Shown: piece after piece, positions 37,585-47,064 of the stretch
Layout: each line of letters starts with the position of its first letter
Position numbering within the stretch: position 1 is the first letter of the stretch
NCBI GenBank assembly: GCA_963829525.1
Contig: CAWHIJ010000003.1
Coordinates: 160,001-224,000, forward strand
From: an uncultured Actinomycetota bacterium
Lineage (GTDB): Bacteria > Actinomycetota > Actinomycetes > JAHEKZ01
Length of the DNA stretch: 64,000 nt
Direction: 5' to 3'
Program-made: the position numbers and the translations under genes
The notes under the pieces: model-generated
What the model was told of the DNA's origin: nothing
The model's input: only the letters and a program-made list of their open reading frames with translations
Databases searched by the model: none

Positions 37585-39036
37585 CTACTCGAGGCCCAAT
37601 CCGAGCGCCAGAACGGTATCTACGAAGGCATCCACGTCAGCAAGGGACGTCCGTGGGTTGATGAAACACGGCCGCAGCGCGAACTGACCGTGCACGATCG
37701 TCGAGCTCACCACGAAGCGAGTTTCGCGGGCCAGCCGCCGCAGGATCTCACGGTTGACCGCGTCAACGGCAACCTCGCTCACGTCATCAGCGGGCAGGTA
37801 GCGGAAGACGCAGATCGACAGAACCGGGTCGAGCAGCAGCTCAAGACGGGGGTGTTCACTCGCCCGATGCGCGACATGACGCGCGAAGTCGTTGTCCTGA
37901 ACAACCCGCGCTTGGACCCCATCAGCACCGAGTTCACGCAGGATGCTCCACACCAGCACACCCCTGACTGGCGATGACAGCTCCACGCCGAAGTCGAAGT
38001 AGGGAATGCCCATCGAGTCGAGCGAGACCTGGACGTCGTCGGGTGTGAAGGCACCTTCGAGGTAGTCGGCCGCCTCCTGTGTGAAAGCGCGGTGCAGGAT
38101 CGAACGGTCACGCACGAATGTGGCCGCGATTCCCGTCGGGGCGTTGAGCCACTTGTGGGGATCGGTGATGGCGGAGTCGGCGAGCTCGAGCCCGTCGTAG
38201 AGCGGAGCAACTCGCTCATCGAGGATTCCGGGTAGTCCGTACGCCCCGTCTACGTGGAACCAGGCGCCATGCTTCTTGGCGATCTCACCGCATCGACGCA
38301 GTGGGTCGACCGCGCCGGTGTTGGTCGTCCCTGCTGCGGCAACAACGGCGACGGGTAGGACGCCGTGCGCCACGTCCGCGGTCATGGCCGCATCCAGGGC
38401 ATCGGCGTCGAGGCGAAGCTCGGCATCGGTAGGTACGGTGCGCACCTGGCTGCGGCCAATGCCCAGCACTCCAGCCGAGCGCTGCACGGTGTGGTGCGCC
38501 TGCGTCGAGGTGTAGACGGCCAGCTCGAGTCCACCCAGACCATCGCCGGCCGGGTCGACTCCACGCTGCTCCAAGGCCCACTGGCGGGCCGCCCCGAGTG
38601 CGACGAGGTTCGCTGTTGAGCCCCCGCTGGAGAAGACGCCCTTCATTCCCGCGGGAAGCCCGCAGAGTTCGACGAGCCAGTCGAGCGCCTGCTCCTCGAG
38701 CAGGTTGAAGGCAGTCAATGTCTGCCGCTGCGGCGCCGCGATCATGCTGGCCGCCGCCACCGCAGTGGGTACCGTCGCCGGGCCCGTGGTGATCCACCCC
38801 CACGAGGCCTCAGATGTCAGGTGCGGGCCGTGCGGGAGAACAAGATCGATGTACTCACGCAGCGTCGCGTCGGAGCCGATGCCGTCGTGAGGGAGCGGGC
38901 GGGTGAGCTGCTCCTGCCAGTCGGTCGGCGAGTGCAGTGCGTCGACCCGCTCCTTGGCCAACCACGCGTCGAGGGCCTCCCCCACCTGCGTGAAGGTTTC
39001 GGCAAAACGACCGGTCTCTGGGTGCGGGGTAGTCAC
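37585..39036 (-). CDS. Group II PLP-dependent decarboxylase (aromatic amino acid type)
   Basis: SSGGSTANL, AGTTNTGAVD, HVDGAYG, DPHKWL. Confidence 0.92.
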   Translation of the reverse strand: MTTPHPETGRFAETFTQVGEALDAWLAKERVDALHSPTDWQEQLTRPLPHDGIGSDATLREYIDLVLPHGPHLTSEASWGWITTGPATVPTAVAAASMIAAPQRQTLTAFNLLEEQALDWLVELCGLPAGMKGVFSSGGSTANLVALGAARQWALEQRGVDPAGDGLGGLELAVYTSTQAHHTVQRSAGVLGIGRSQVRTVPTDAELRLDADALDAAMTADVAHGVLPVAVVAAAGTTNTGAVDPLRRCGEIAKKHGAWFHVDGAYGLPGILDERVAPLYDGLELADSAITDPHKWLNAPTGIAATFVRDRSILHRAFTQEAADYLEGAFTPDDVQVSLDSMGIPYFDFGVELSSPVRGVLVWSILRELGADGVQARVVQDNDFARHVAHRASEHPRLELLLDPVLSICVFRYLPADDVSEVAVDAVNREILRRLARETRFVVSSTIVHGQFALRPCFINPRTSLADVDAFVDTVLALGLGLE

Positions 39037-39056
39037 GCGGTGAGGCTACTCCCGGA

Positions 39057-39731
39057 CTACCTGCGGAGCGACCTCCGCAGCGGACGCGCTGCGGGGTCAC
39101 GCACCTGCCATGCCATCACAAGCATCCCCACGACCAGCACGCCTGCCCAGCGCCAGTGCGCCTCCGCCCACTGCGGGCCAGGCGGGGCCAGGACTGGCCA
39201 GCGTTCCCCAAGCATCTGCCCCGCCATCATCAAGCCTATGACGACGAGCACCATGAACTGCGCCGGTTCACTGACGCCGAACTGACGCTGAAGCACCAGC
39301 GACGCCGCGATCGCCGTCACCACGAGCGCGCTGACCTCCACCGCCAGGCCCAGCGCCGTCGACCCCGTGTCCAAGTACCGCCACTTCGCCACAACGGCGG
39401 GTGCCAACGCCATCAACACGGCGACACCCGCAACGCCAAACCGGATCCGCATCAACGCACCCCGTGCAAGGGGCAGCGCACGCGTCATCTCGACGGACGG
39501 ATCGTCGAAGGCGAACACCACTGTGACGGCGGACAATGCAGCGAGCGCCCGGATGAGCCACGCGGCGGCGTCCGGGCTGGTGACGTCCGCTGCACGCCAC
39601 CACACCACCAACCACGACCCTGCGATGCCGACCGCGAGGATCTGGCACCGAGTGAGGCGGGGCGCATACGGGGCTAGCCCTCGGTGCTCGCGACCAGCAA
39701 CAGCTCGCGACGATGCAAGCATGTCGGTCAT
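39057..39731 (-). CDS. Membrane protein, probable ABC permease
   Basis: Hydrophobic, translationally coupled downstream of the ABC ATPase genes. Confidence 0.7.
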   Translation of the reverse strand: MTDMLASSRAVAGREHRGLAPYAPRLTRCQILAVGIAGSWLVVWWRAADVTSPDAAAWLIRALAALSAVTVVFAFDDPSVEMTRALPLARGALMRIRFGVAGVAVLMALAPAVVAKWRYLDTGSTALGLAVEVSALVVTAIAASLVLQRQFGVSEPAQFMVLVVIGLMMAGQMLGERWPVLAPPGPQWAEAHWRWAGVLVVGMLVMAWQVRDPAARPLRRSLRR

Positions 39732-40576
39732 AGCTGCATGGCTCCGGCAGCAGCGGTGGCTGCCAGGACCCCGGCCGAGACGACGAGCCAGCGCAGACGC
39801 CCCTCACGCTCGCGGAGCATGACCGCGCAGAATGCCAAAGCGCACAGCCCCGCCAGGTAAACGGCGTGCCACGTATGCGAACCCTGAAGCGACCACACTG
39901 CGTCAGACCACTCATACGAGCTCAGGTAGGGGGCGAACCACGGCCAGGTGTTGATCGGGAGCCGTTCGGCGTTCAGCATCCACAGCGTGCCGAACGCCAG
40001 TGCGACGAACCCCAGGGGCAGTGAGCCAGGGAAGCGAAGCCACGTCGCCACCATGACGGCGAACAGTCCACCTCCTATGACGATGAGCACGATCTGCGCA
40101 AGCTCGGCGCCGCTGACAGGCGACTTCAGGTCAGTGAGCACCACGTCGTTTCCAAGGAGCGCAAGGGCGCCAATCGCGACGAGGGTGAGCAGACCCGGTC
40201 CAAGCACAACGCCTGCGCACACGCCAGCAGCACGGGCTCGGGGCGAGAGCGGCGAGGACGCCAGCTGGCCCTCCGCCTTCGTGCGGCGCGCAGATGAAGT
40301 GACGAGGTGGCACGTGATGTAGAAGAGCAAACCAGCGTAGAGGGAGAAGACAAAGAACACGGTTCCGTAGGCGGCGGAACGCGTGGGCAATGAGTAGCTG
40401 CGTGCTTCAGCGAGCACGTCAATGCCGATCATCAGTGTGAAGAACCCGAAGACCAGCAATAGCACGGGTGACAACACCATCCGGCGTCCCTCACGCCAGC
40501 CGAGCACCAGTACAGCCAGCCACGTCGCACCAGACTTCTGACGTTCCATCACATGCGATTCCAGCACGGCGCTCAT
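39728..40576 (-). CDS. ABC transporter permease
   Basis: Six or more TM segments, ATGA overlaps on both sides. Confidence 0.75.
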   Translation of the reverse strand: MSAVLESHVMERQKSGATWLAVLVLGWREGRRMVLSPVLLLVFGFFTLMIGIDVLAEARSYSLPTRSAAYGTVFFVFSLYAGLLFYITCHLVTSSARRTKAEGQLASSPLSPRARAAGVCAGVVLGPGLLTLVAIGALALLGNDVVLTDLKSPVSGAELAQIVLIVIGGGLFAVMVATWLRFPGSLPLGFVALAFGTLWMLNAERLPINTWPWFAPYLSSYEWSDAVWSLQGSHTWHAVYLAGLCALAFCAVMLREREGRLRWLVVSAGVLAATAAAGAMQL

Positions 40577-41433
40577 GCCGCCACCTCCTCGTCAAACCGG
40601 CCGACCAGCAGCAGGTAGCCGTCCTCGAGAGTCGGCTCGACGAGCTCAGCACCGTTCGGCGGTGTACCGAGATGACGGAACCGACCCTCACCCGTACGCC
40701 ACACCAGCTCGGCACTGCCGACCCGCTCGTCGGCCAGCCACACGCGTCCGGCGGCAACAGCTGACAGGTCAGACGGCGTTCCCTGGAAGAGCACCCGGCC
40801 CTTATCCAGAACCACGACGTCCTGGCAGAGGGCGGCCACATCTTCGGTCTGGTGGGTCGAGAGCAAGACGGCTCGGCCTTCACCGGCGCATGAGACCAGC
40901 TCACGGAAGCGCAGTCGCTGCTCGGGATCGAGGCCGGCTGTCGGCTCATCGAGCACCAGGAACTGCGGCTCACCCAGAAGAGACGCCGCTAGGGCCACCC
41001 GACGACGCATTCCGCCGCTGAGCGCCCGCACCCGCTTGCCGCTGACCGATGCCAGATCGACGGCGTCGATCACCCGTCGCACCTCAGCGTGCCGCTGATG
41101 GCGGTCGGTCATCTCTTTGAGGATGGCCACGTAGTCGATGAACTCGAAGACGCTGAAGCCGCGCTGGAACCCTGGGTCCTGAGGGAGGTACCCGAGCCGG
41201 CGACGAATCTCAATGCGCTGAGTAGCAGAGGCGGGGTTACGCCCGAAGACCGACACTGCACCTGAGTCAGGGGCCGAGACCGTTGCCAAGATGCGTAGCA
41301 ACGTGGTCTTGCCGGCACCGTTCGGTCCGAGCAGACCTGTGACTCCGGTGCCGATTTCGAAAGTGGCGCCGTCGAGCGCGCGAGTGCGGCCAAACCGGCG
41401 CCGCACCTCACTCACCGTGGCAGCTGTGGTCAT
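40573..41433 (-). CDS. ABC transporter ATP-binding protein
   Basis: GPNGAGKT, LSGGMRRR, LDEPT, STH. Confidence 0.96.
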   Translation of the reverse strand: MTTAATVSEVRRRFGRTRALDGATFEIGTGVTGLLGPNGAGKTTLLRILATVSAPDSGAVSVFGRNPASATQRIEIRRRLGYLPQDPGFQRGFSVFEFIDYVAILKEMTDRHQRHAEVRRVIDAVDLASVSGKRVRALSGGMRRRVALAASLLGEPQFLVLDEPTAGLDPEQRLRFRELVSCAGEGRAVLLSTHQTEDVAALCQDVVVLDKGRVLFQGTPSDLSAVAAGRVWLADERVGSAELVWRTGEGRFRHLGTPPNGAELVEPTLEDGYLLLVGRFDEEVAA

Positions 41434-42248
41434 CGGTTCCTCCTCAGGGCTGAGCGAATCATCGGATCATGGGTCAGCAGGGCAATACAGCCAACGGAGA
41501 GCACCAGCGCCGCCCACTGCAGGGATGCCGAGAGCAGCAGGTGTGCCACGTCGCGGTGATTCGCCAGAGCCACGAGTAGTGGCAGCGCGTAGACGGCGGC
41601 CACCCCTGCTGCGGCAAGCGGCAGTGTGAACCAGCGGGAAACGACGAGGGTGATCGACAAGAGTGCAAGGCAGGGCAGCAACCAGGCGGCCACATCGCCG
41701 CCGCTCGGTACGAAGAGCGACGCGACCAGTGCCAGTACCCCGGACGCGGCAACGACTGCCGTTGAGCGAAGGATGACCAGGCGCAGCGTCGGGTACGGGC
41801 TCGCTAACGAGACCTCGAAGGTCGGGTCGATGCCTCGGCCGTACGAGCCACCGACCGCAAGCACAGGCACGATGGGAGCAAGGATCAGAAACAGCGTGGT
41901 GCCCCCAGATCTGGAGTTGCTCGCCCACACCGCGAAAGCCAGGACAGCAGCCAGAGAGAGCAGCCAAGAGGCATGAAGGGAGGGCGCCACCGATACCAGC
42001 CGCGCATCACTGTCTGACATGCCCAGCGACGCCAGAACCCGCTCGACCCAGCTGCGTCGCGGCATGTCGACGTCGTCCTCGATAGCGCTCCAGATGCCGT
42101 GCATGCGCACTGGCGACACCTCTGCATTTACCGCACTGCGACACTCGGCACACGTCATAACGTGCGCCTCGACAGACGCGGCGCGGGCGCCCACGAGCAC
42201 GCCGGACGCGTACGACGTCACCAACTGCCCGGAAACGTGCCAACTCAT
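41430..42248 (-). CDS. zf-HC2 (ZAS) membrane anti-sigma factor
   Basis: WH...EAHVMTCAECR followed by TM helices. Confidence 0.88.
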   Translation of the reverse strand: MSWHVSGQLVTSYASGVLVGARAASVEAHVMTCAECRSAVNAEVSPVRMHGIWSAIEDDVDMPRRSWVERVLASLGMSDSDARLVSVAPSLHASWLLSLAAVLAFAVWASNSRSGGTTLFLILAPIVPVLAVGGSYGRGIDPTFEVSLASPYPTLRLVILRSTAVVAASGVLALVASLFVPSGGDVAAWLLPCLALLSITLVVSRWFTLPLAAAGVAAVYALPLLVALANHRDVAHLLLSASLQWAALVLSVGCIALLTHDPMIRSALRRNR

Positions 42249-42787
42249 GCCAGTTCCTCCCTCAGCACCTCGCGTGCTCGTTTCATCCGTGTCTTGACCG
42301 TTCCTTGGGGGATGCCCAGCAGCCGCCCGGCCTCGGCCGTCGTGAGTCCGTCCAGCACCGTCGATTGGACTACGGCGCGTAGCTCCGGCGACAGCCGATC
42401 TAGCGCACCCGCAAGGTCGCCGTACTGGACGCCGAGCAACACACGCTCCTCGGCCGAGATCTCCGCGCCGGCCTGCGACATCTCTGCGACAAGGTCCGCG
42501 CGCGGGCTGCGACGCAGCGCGTCGATCAACCGCCGAACACCGATACCCCAGATCCAGGCGGCGACCTCACCCTGCCCGGCGTACTTACCTGCTCCACGCC
42601 AGACGGCGACGAAGGTGTCCTGCACTACCTCGTCGACCAAGCCAGGGTCGGCGCAGCGACGCCCGAGTCGAATGAGCAGCCACCCAGCGTGGCGCGAGTA
42701 GAGCTGCTCCAACGCTCTGCGGTCGCCGTCAGCCACCAGGCGCAGCAGCGCTGCGTCGTTGGGCTCGGTGCTCGGCACGCTGGACAC
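42245..42787 (-). CDS. ECF sigma factor
   Basis: EVVQDTFVAVWR, AAWIWGIG, LGIPQGTVKTRMKRAR. Confidence 0.93.
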   Translation of the reverse strand: MSSVPSTEPNDAALLRLVADGDRRALEQLYSRHAGWLLIRLGRRCADPGLVDEVVQDTFVAVWRGAGKYAGQGEVAAWIWGIGVRRLIDALRRSPRADLVAEMSQAGAEISAEERVLLGVQYGDLAGALDRLSPELRAVVQSTVLDGLTTAEAGRLLGIPQGTVKTRMKRAREVLREELA

Positions 42788-42854
42788 TGTCGTCCCTCTG
42801 GCTCCTCGGGGCTAGACCTTCACCCTTTCTGTCGCACCCGGAGGGGGGATCGGT

Positions 42855-43379
42855 TCAGTGCCCGCGGATCCGCTCGGTCAGCTGCGGCGGGATGACGGCA
42901 TCGGAGTCGCGCCACGCGCCCAGCGCAGCAGTGGTGCCCACGAGTCCGGCAGGGCTATCTCCTGCACCGAAGCAAGCTCAGCAGCCGTGAACCCCTCAGC
43001 GTCGTGAAGCACGACAGCACTGCGGTAGATGAACGGAAGCCTCGCGAGGCCGTCGAGCAGCTCTTCGCGCGCCTCAGCGCGCTCGATGACGACTGCGGAA
43101 TCGACGGTATAGGCATCGTCTCGCCACTTGACCTCGAGTTCCTGAACCTCGTCGTCTGCGGCCTCACCGAGCAGGTCACCGGCCGGATACTCACGATGAC
43201 GACGTGCGGCGTCCACGGCAAGGTTGTGCATGATGCGATGCAGCCAGGTGGCCAGCGACGAATGGTCGCGGAACTGGTCGATCCGGTCCAGACCACGCGT
43301 CACCGTGTCTTGGACGAGGTCGTTGGCGGCCTCGTCGTCGGAGGTCAGCGTGCGTGCGTAGCGGAGCGTCGACGCTCAC
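42855..43379 (-). pseudogene. Decayed ECF sigma factor with an internal deletion
   Basis: Start GTG out of frame with LRYARTL..DLVQDT; region 4 breaks after EIALP and a tail LVGTTAALGAWRDSDAVIPPQLTERIRGH* continues in another frame. Confidence 0.7.
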
Positions 43380-43401
43380 GGATTCCCTGTCCTCAGTGTG
43401 G

Positions 43402-43620
43402 TCAGACGTTCGCGTGCTCGCGAGACGTCGTGCTGATCTTGAACGGAGCGTAGAGCGGGCAGAAGCCAACGGCACTGGTGGCCAGCATCACACCCGCAAG
43501 CGCGTACAGGACGTAGGCGAGTATGCCGGTGGGGCCGGCGACGATCCCAATGATGACGAGCACGGGTGCGATGAGCAGGGCGCGGATCATGCGGTCGGTG
43601 CGTCCCATGTTGCAGGTCAC
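43402..43620 (-). CDS. DUF2892 (YgaP-like) small membrane protein
   Basis: NMGRTDRMIR...GFCPLYAPFKIST; GAGGAGG RBS. Confidence 0.9.
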   Translation of the reverse strand: MTCNMGRTDRMIRALLIAPVLVIIGIVAGPTGILAYVLYALAGVMLATSAVGFCPLYAPFKISTTSREHANV

Positions 43621-43692
43621 GGTTGCCTCCTCGGGGCGATCACTTCGTTGTCTTAACCCATAGACGGATCGACGTCCCAAAGGGATACCGGC

Positions 43693-44466
43693 CTAGAGGC
43701 GGCGGTCACCCAGTGCGGGAAAGCGTTCGCGCCACTCACGCGCATGGGCGAGGTCGAGCTCGGCGCGGATCACCTGCTCCCCGTCACCGGCCTCCGCAAG
43801 GGTTGCACCGAGCGCATCGACCACCAGGCTGGCTCCGCCCATCGTGACGCCCCCGTGGGTGCCGGTGGTGTTCACCGCGACAAGGGGCAGCTGGTTCTCG
43901 ATCGCACGGGCACGCGCCAGCACCGACCAGTGCGAGATCCGTGCGGCGGGCCAGGCCGCCGGAACGACGAACACGTCGGAATCCTCGTCGGTCAGACGTC
44001 GAAACATCTCGGGGAACCGAAGGTCGTAACAGGTAGCCAATCCAAGCCGGCCGACCGACGTGTCAGCGACGACGACCTCGTCGCCCCCGACGAGGTACTT
44101 CGGCTCGCCTTCGGTGAATCCGAATAGATGGATCTTGCGATAGACCGCCCTCACGGAACCGTCTCGGTCGATGACGACGGCGGTATTGGTGAGCGAACCG
44201 TCATCGTGGCGCTCGATGAACGAGCCACCATGCAGCACGACAGAAGCTGAGCGTGCGGCGTCCCGCAGTTGTTGCATCAAGGAATCGCTCAACGACTGGG
44301 CTGTGTCATCCCACAACGTGTACGTGAACCCTCCGTTAGGCCACAGCTCAGGAAGCACGACGAGGTCAGCGGCTGCTTCGGCAGCGACCAGGGAGAGCAT
44401 CCGTCCGACGCGGTCATCGAACGGCTCGCTTTCGTCGAAGTCGAACTGGATGGCAGACACCTTCAT
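43693..44466 (-). CDS. Carbon-nitrogen hydrolase (nitrilase superfamily)
   Basis: LPELW, YRKIHLF, TCYDLRFPE catalytic triad. Confidence 0.95.
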   Translation of the reverse strand: MKVSAIQFDFDESEPFDDRVGRMLSLVAAEAAADLVVLPELWPNGGFTYTLWDDTAQSLSDSLMQQLRDAARSASVVLHGGSFIERHDDGSLTNTAVVIDRDGSVRAVYRKIHLFGFTEGEPKYLVGGDEVVVADTSVGRLGLATCYDLRFPEMFRRLTDEDSDVFVVPAAWPAARISHWSVLARARAIENQLPLVAVNTTGTHGGVTMGGASLVVDALGATLAEAGDGEQVIRAELDLAHAREWRERFPALGDRRL

Positions 44467-44519
44467 ACCGCCAGCCTGTCACGGCGCTCACCACCGCGGA
44501 AGCGTCATTGCATGAATCC

Positions 44520-44618
44520 GTGAAGCGCCTTGCCGTCCTTCTTGCCACCGCCAGTACCGTGTCTGGTCAGGATGGGTCCGGCTTACGGGGACTCCTGGTC
44601 TCGCACCAAGGCGCTCAC
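44520..44618. other. Possible structured intergenic RNA element
   Basis: Closing stem AGCGCCTTG/CAAGGCGCT enclosing further hairpins; no family recognised. Confidence 0.3.
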
Positions 44619-44688
44619 CGTTAACTAGCCCCGCCACCCCGGTTAGCCGCACCACCCGTTTGCGCGAGCCCTGAACGAGCACACCGCC

Positions 44689-46074
44689 TCAGGACCACAG
44701 GTGTAGAAGAGCAGGCTCCTCGAGAACGTCAGCAACGTCCCGGAGGAATCGAGAACCTGTTGCTCCGTCGATAAATCGGTGGTCGAACGAGAGCGAGATC
44801 GTTGACGTCGTGCGTGCTACGACGTGCCCGCGTTCGACCCATGGCTTCTCTCGCCATGTCCCGAAGGCCAAGACCGCCGACTGACCGGGGGTGATCATCG
44901 GTGTTCCACCGTCGATGCCGAAGACCCCGACATTGGTGATGGTGAACGTGCCCCCTACAAGGTCGGCGGGGGCTGCGGTCCCCTCGCGGCCGCGCGACAC
45001 CACATCTGCAAGTGAAACAGCGAGCTCGTGCAGCGTGAGCCCTTCCGCATCTCCCACGTGAGGCACGATGAGCCCTCGATCGCTCGAGACGGCGATACCA
45101 AGCCGGACCGCACGGCGATAGACGATCTCCTGCGCGGCCTCGTCAAACGCGGCGTTTAGGCGTGGTTGTCGGCGCAGGGCTGCGAGGCAAGCAGCCGCAA
45201 CAAGCAGCAGTGGTGTGACCTTGGTGTCGGAGTACTCCGGCAAAGCCCTCATCCGATCGACCAGCGCGGCACTTCGCGTGACGTCCACCTCGACCCACTC
45301 GGTAACCGAGGGAATCGTGGCGGCGCTCTCGGTCATCGCCGCCGCCATGGAGCGCATCACGCCGCGCACCGGTTCTCGTCGATCACCATCCACGACTCCG
45401 CCGACTACCGTTGTGCCGGTCCCGGCGAGCTGCAGGCTCGCAGCAGCTTCGACATCGTCTCGCGTGACGGTGCCGTCTCGGCCTGTGGGTCGTACGCCAG
45501 AGAGTTCTATGCCCAGTTGCTTGGCGAGTCGCCGAACCGGCGGCTTTGCTCGTGCCGTCGACGGGGCACTAGCGTCGTCAGCGAACTTCGCCTCTGCAGC
45601 GCGACCCACCTCGAGACCACCGTGACGTACCGGCTTGACGGGCTCTCCGGGTGGCCCGGCCTCGGGCCGCTCCGTGCCGTGCGGACTCGGTGCACCAACT
45701 CGGCGACGTCGACGGGTGGCTGCCTCAGCGACGCCGTAGCCGACCAATAGCGGCTCTCTGCCTTCGTCGGGCGAAGGTTCTGCGGTCGAGGTTTCAGACG
45801 ATGGGGAGTCCACTACTCCGTCAGTGCTGTCCTCGCTTGCGATCGTCACGAGGGGCGCACCAACCGGCAGGAGGTCTCCCTCGGCCGCGTGCAGTGCGAC
45901 GACGGTCCCCGGATAGGGCGACGGCAGCTCGACAGCGGCCTTGGCAGTCTCTACCTCGACCAGCGGTTGGTTGACCGCGACGGTGTCACCGGCGTTCACC
46001 AGCCACCGCAGGATCTCGCCCTCGGTCAGCCCCTCACCGAGGTCCGGCAGGCAGAACTTCAGCTCGTTCGGCAT
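44689..46074 (-). CDS. 2-oxoacid dehydrogenase E2 (dihydrolipoamide acyltransferase)
   Basis: Lipoyl ETAKA, E3-binding AKPPVRRLAK, DHRFIDG. Confidence 0.96.
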   Translation of the reverse strand: MPNELKFCLPDLGEGLTEGEILRWLVNAGDTVAVNQPLVEVETAKAAVELPSPYPGTVVALHAAEGDLLPVGAPLVTIASEDSTDGVVDSPSSETSTAEPSPDEGREPLLVGYGVAEAATRRRRRVGAPSPHGTERPEAGPPGEPVKPVRHGGLEVGRAAEAKFADDASAPSTARAKPPVRRLAKQLGIELSGVRPTGRDGTVTRDDVEAAASLQLAGTGTTVVGGVVDGDRREPVRGVMRSMAAAMTESAATIPSVTEWVEVDVTRSAALVDRMRALPEYSDTKVTPLLLVAAACLAALRRQPRLNAAFDEAAQEIVYRRAVRLGIAVSSDRGLIVPHVGDAEGLTLHELAVSLADVVSRGREGTAAPADLVGGTFTITNVGVFGIDGGTPMITPGQSAVLAFGTWREKPWVERGHVVARTTSTISLSFDHRFIDGATGSRFLRDVADVLEEPALLHLWS

Positions 46075-46083
46075 GGTCACTCC

Positions 46084-47064
46084 TCAGTAGGCCAACGAGC
46101 GGTCAACAGCATCGAGCACTCGGTCGAGATCGGGCAGGTAGTGCTGCTCGAGCCGAGAAGGCGGATAGGGCGTGTGGAACCCGCCAACCCGCAGCACAGG
46201 TGCCTCCAGCTCGAAGAAGCATGCCTCGGAAATGGCGGCTGCAGCCTCCGCGGCCATCCCCAGAAATGTCGTGGCCTCGTGCGCCACGACACACCGTCCC
46301 GTTCGGCGAACCGACGAGGTCACCGTCTCGAGGTCCAACGGTGACAAGGAGCGAAGGTCGACTACCTCAATGCTCGTTCCGTCGCCCTCCGCGGCTGCCG
46401 CCGCTTCCAGACACGTTCGGACCATCGGCCCGTAACTGACAAGAGTCACATGGTCTCCCGCACGTGCCACGCGTGCTGACCCCATGGGCAACATCGGAGG
46501 GGCCGCGGTGTCGACGTCCGCCTTGTCCCAGTAGCGCCGCTTTGGCTCGAGGAAGACAACTGGGTCATCGCAGGCCACGGACTGCTGCACAAGGTGAAAC
46601 GCATCCACTGGATTGGAAGGCGTCACCACCCGAAGCCCCGCGGTATGTGCGAAGTACGCCTCAGGTGACTCGCTGTGGTGCTCAACGGCCCCGATCCCAC
46701 CTCCGTACGGCAGACGCACGGTTACGGGCATCTTTACGCGTCCTGCTGATCGCGCGTGCATCTTTGCCAGCTGGCTGACGATCTGGTCGAAAGCGACATA
46801 CACGAAACCGTCGAACTGGATCTCCACCACTGGTCGATAGCCGCGCATCGCCATCCCGATGGCTGCGCCCACGATCGACGACTCCGCGAGCGGTGTGTCG
46901 ATGACACGCTGCTCCCCGAAGTCCTTTTGCAACCCGTCCGTCACACGAAAGACCCCGCCCAGGCGTCCGATGTCCTCACCCATCAGCAGCGTCTTTGCAT
47001 CACTTTCCAACGCACTACGAAGACCTGCATTGATCGCTCGGGCCATCGTCAACGTCTCGGTCAT
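46084..47064 (-). CDS. 2-oxoacid dehydrogenase E1 beta
   Basis: GEDIGRLGGVFR, DTPLAE, EIQFDGF, EHHSESPE. Confidence 0.97.
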   Translation of the reverse strand: MTETLTMARAINAGLRSALESDAKTLLMGEDIGRLGGVFRVTDGLQKDFGEQRVIDTPLAESSIVGAAIGMAMRGYRPVVEIQFDGFVYVAFDQIVSQLAKMHARSAGRVKMPVTVRLPYGGGIGAVEHHSESPEAYFAHTAGLRVVTPSNPVDAFHLVQQSVACDDPVVFLEPKRRYWDKADVDTAAPPMLPMGSARVARAGDHVTLVSYGPMVRTCLEAAAAAEGDGTSIEVVDLRSLSPLDLETVTSSVRRTGRCVVAHEATTFLGMAAEAAAAISEACFFELEAPVLRVGGFHTPYPPSRLEQHYLPDLDRVLDAVDRSLAY

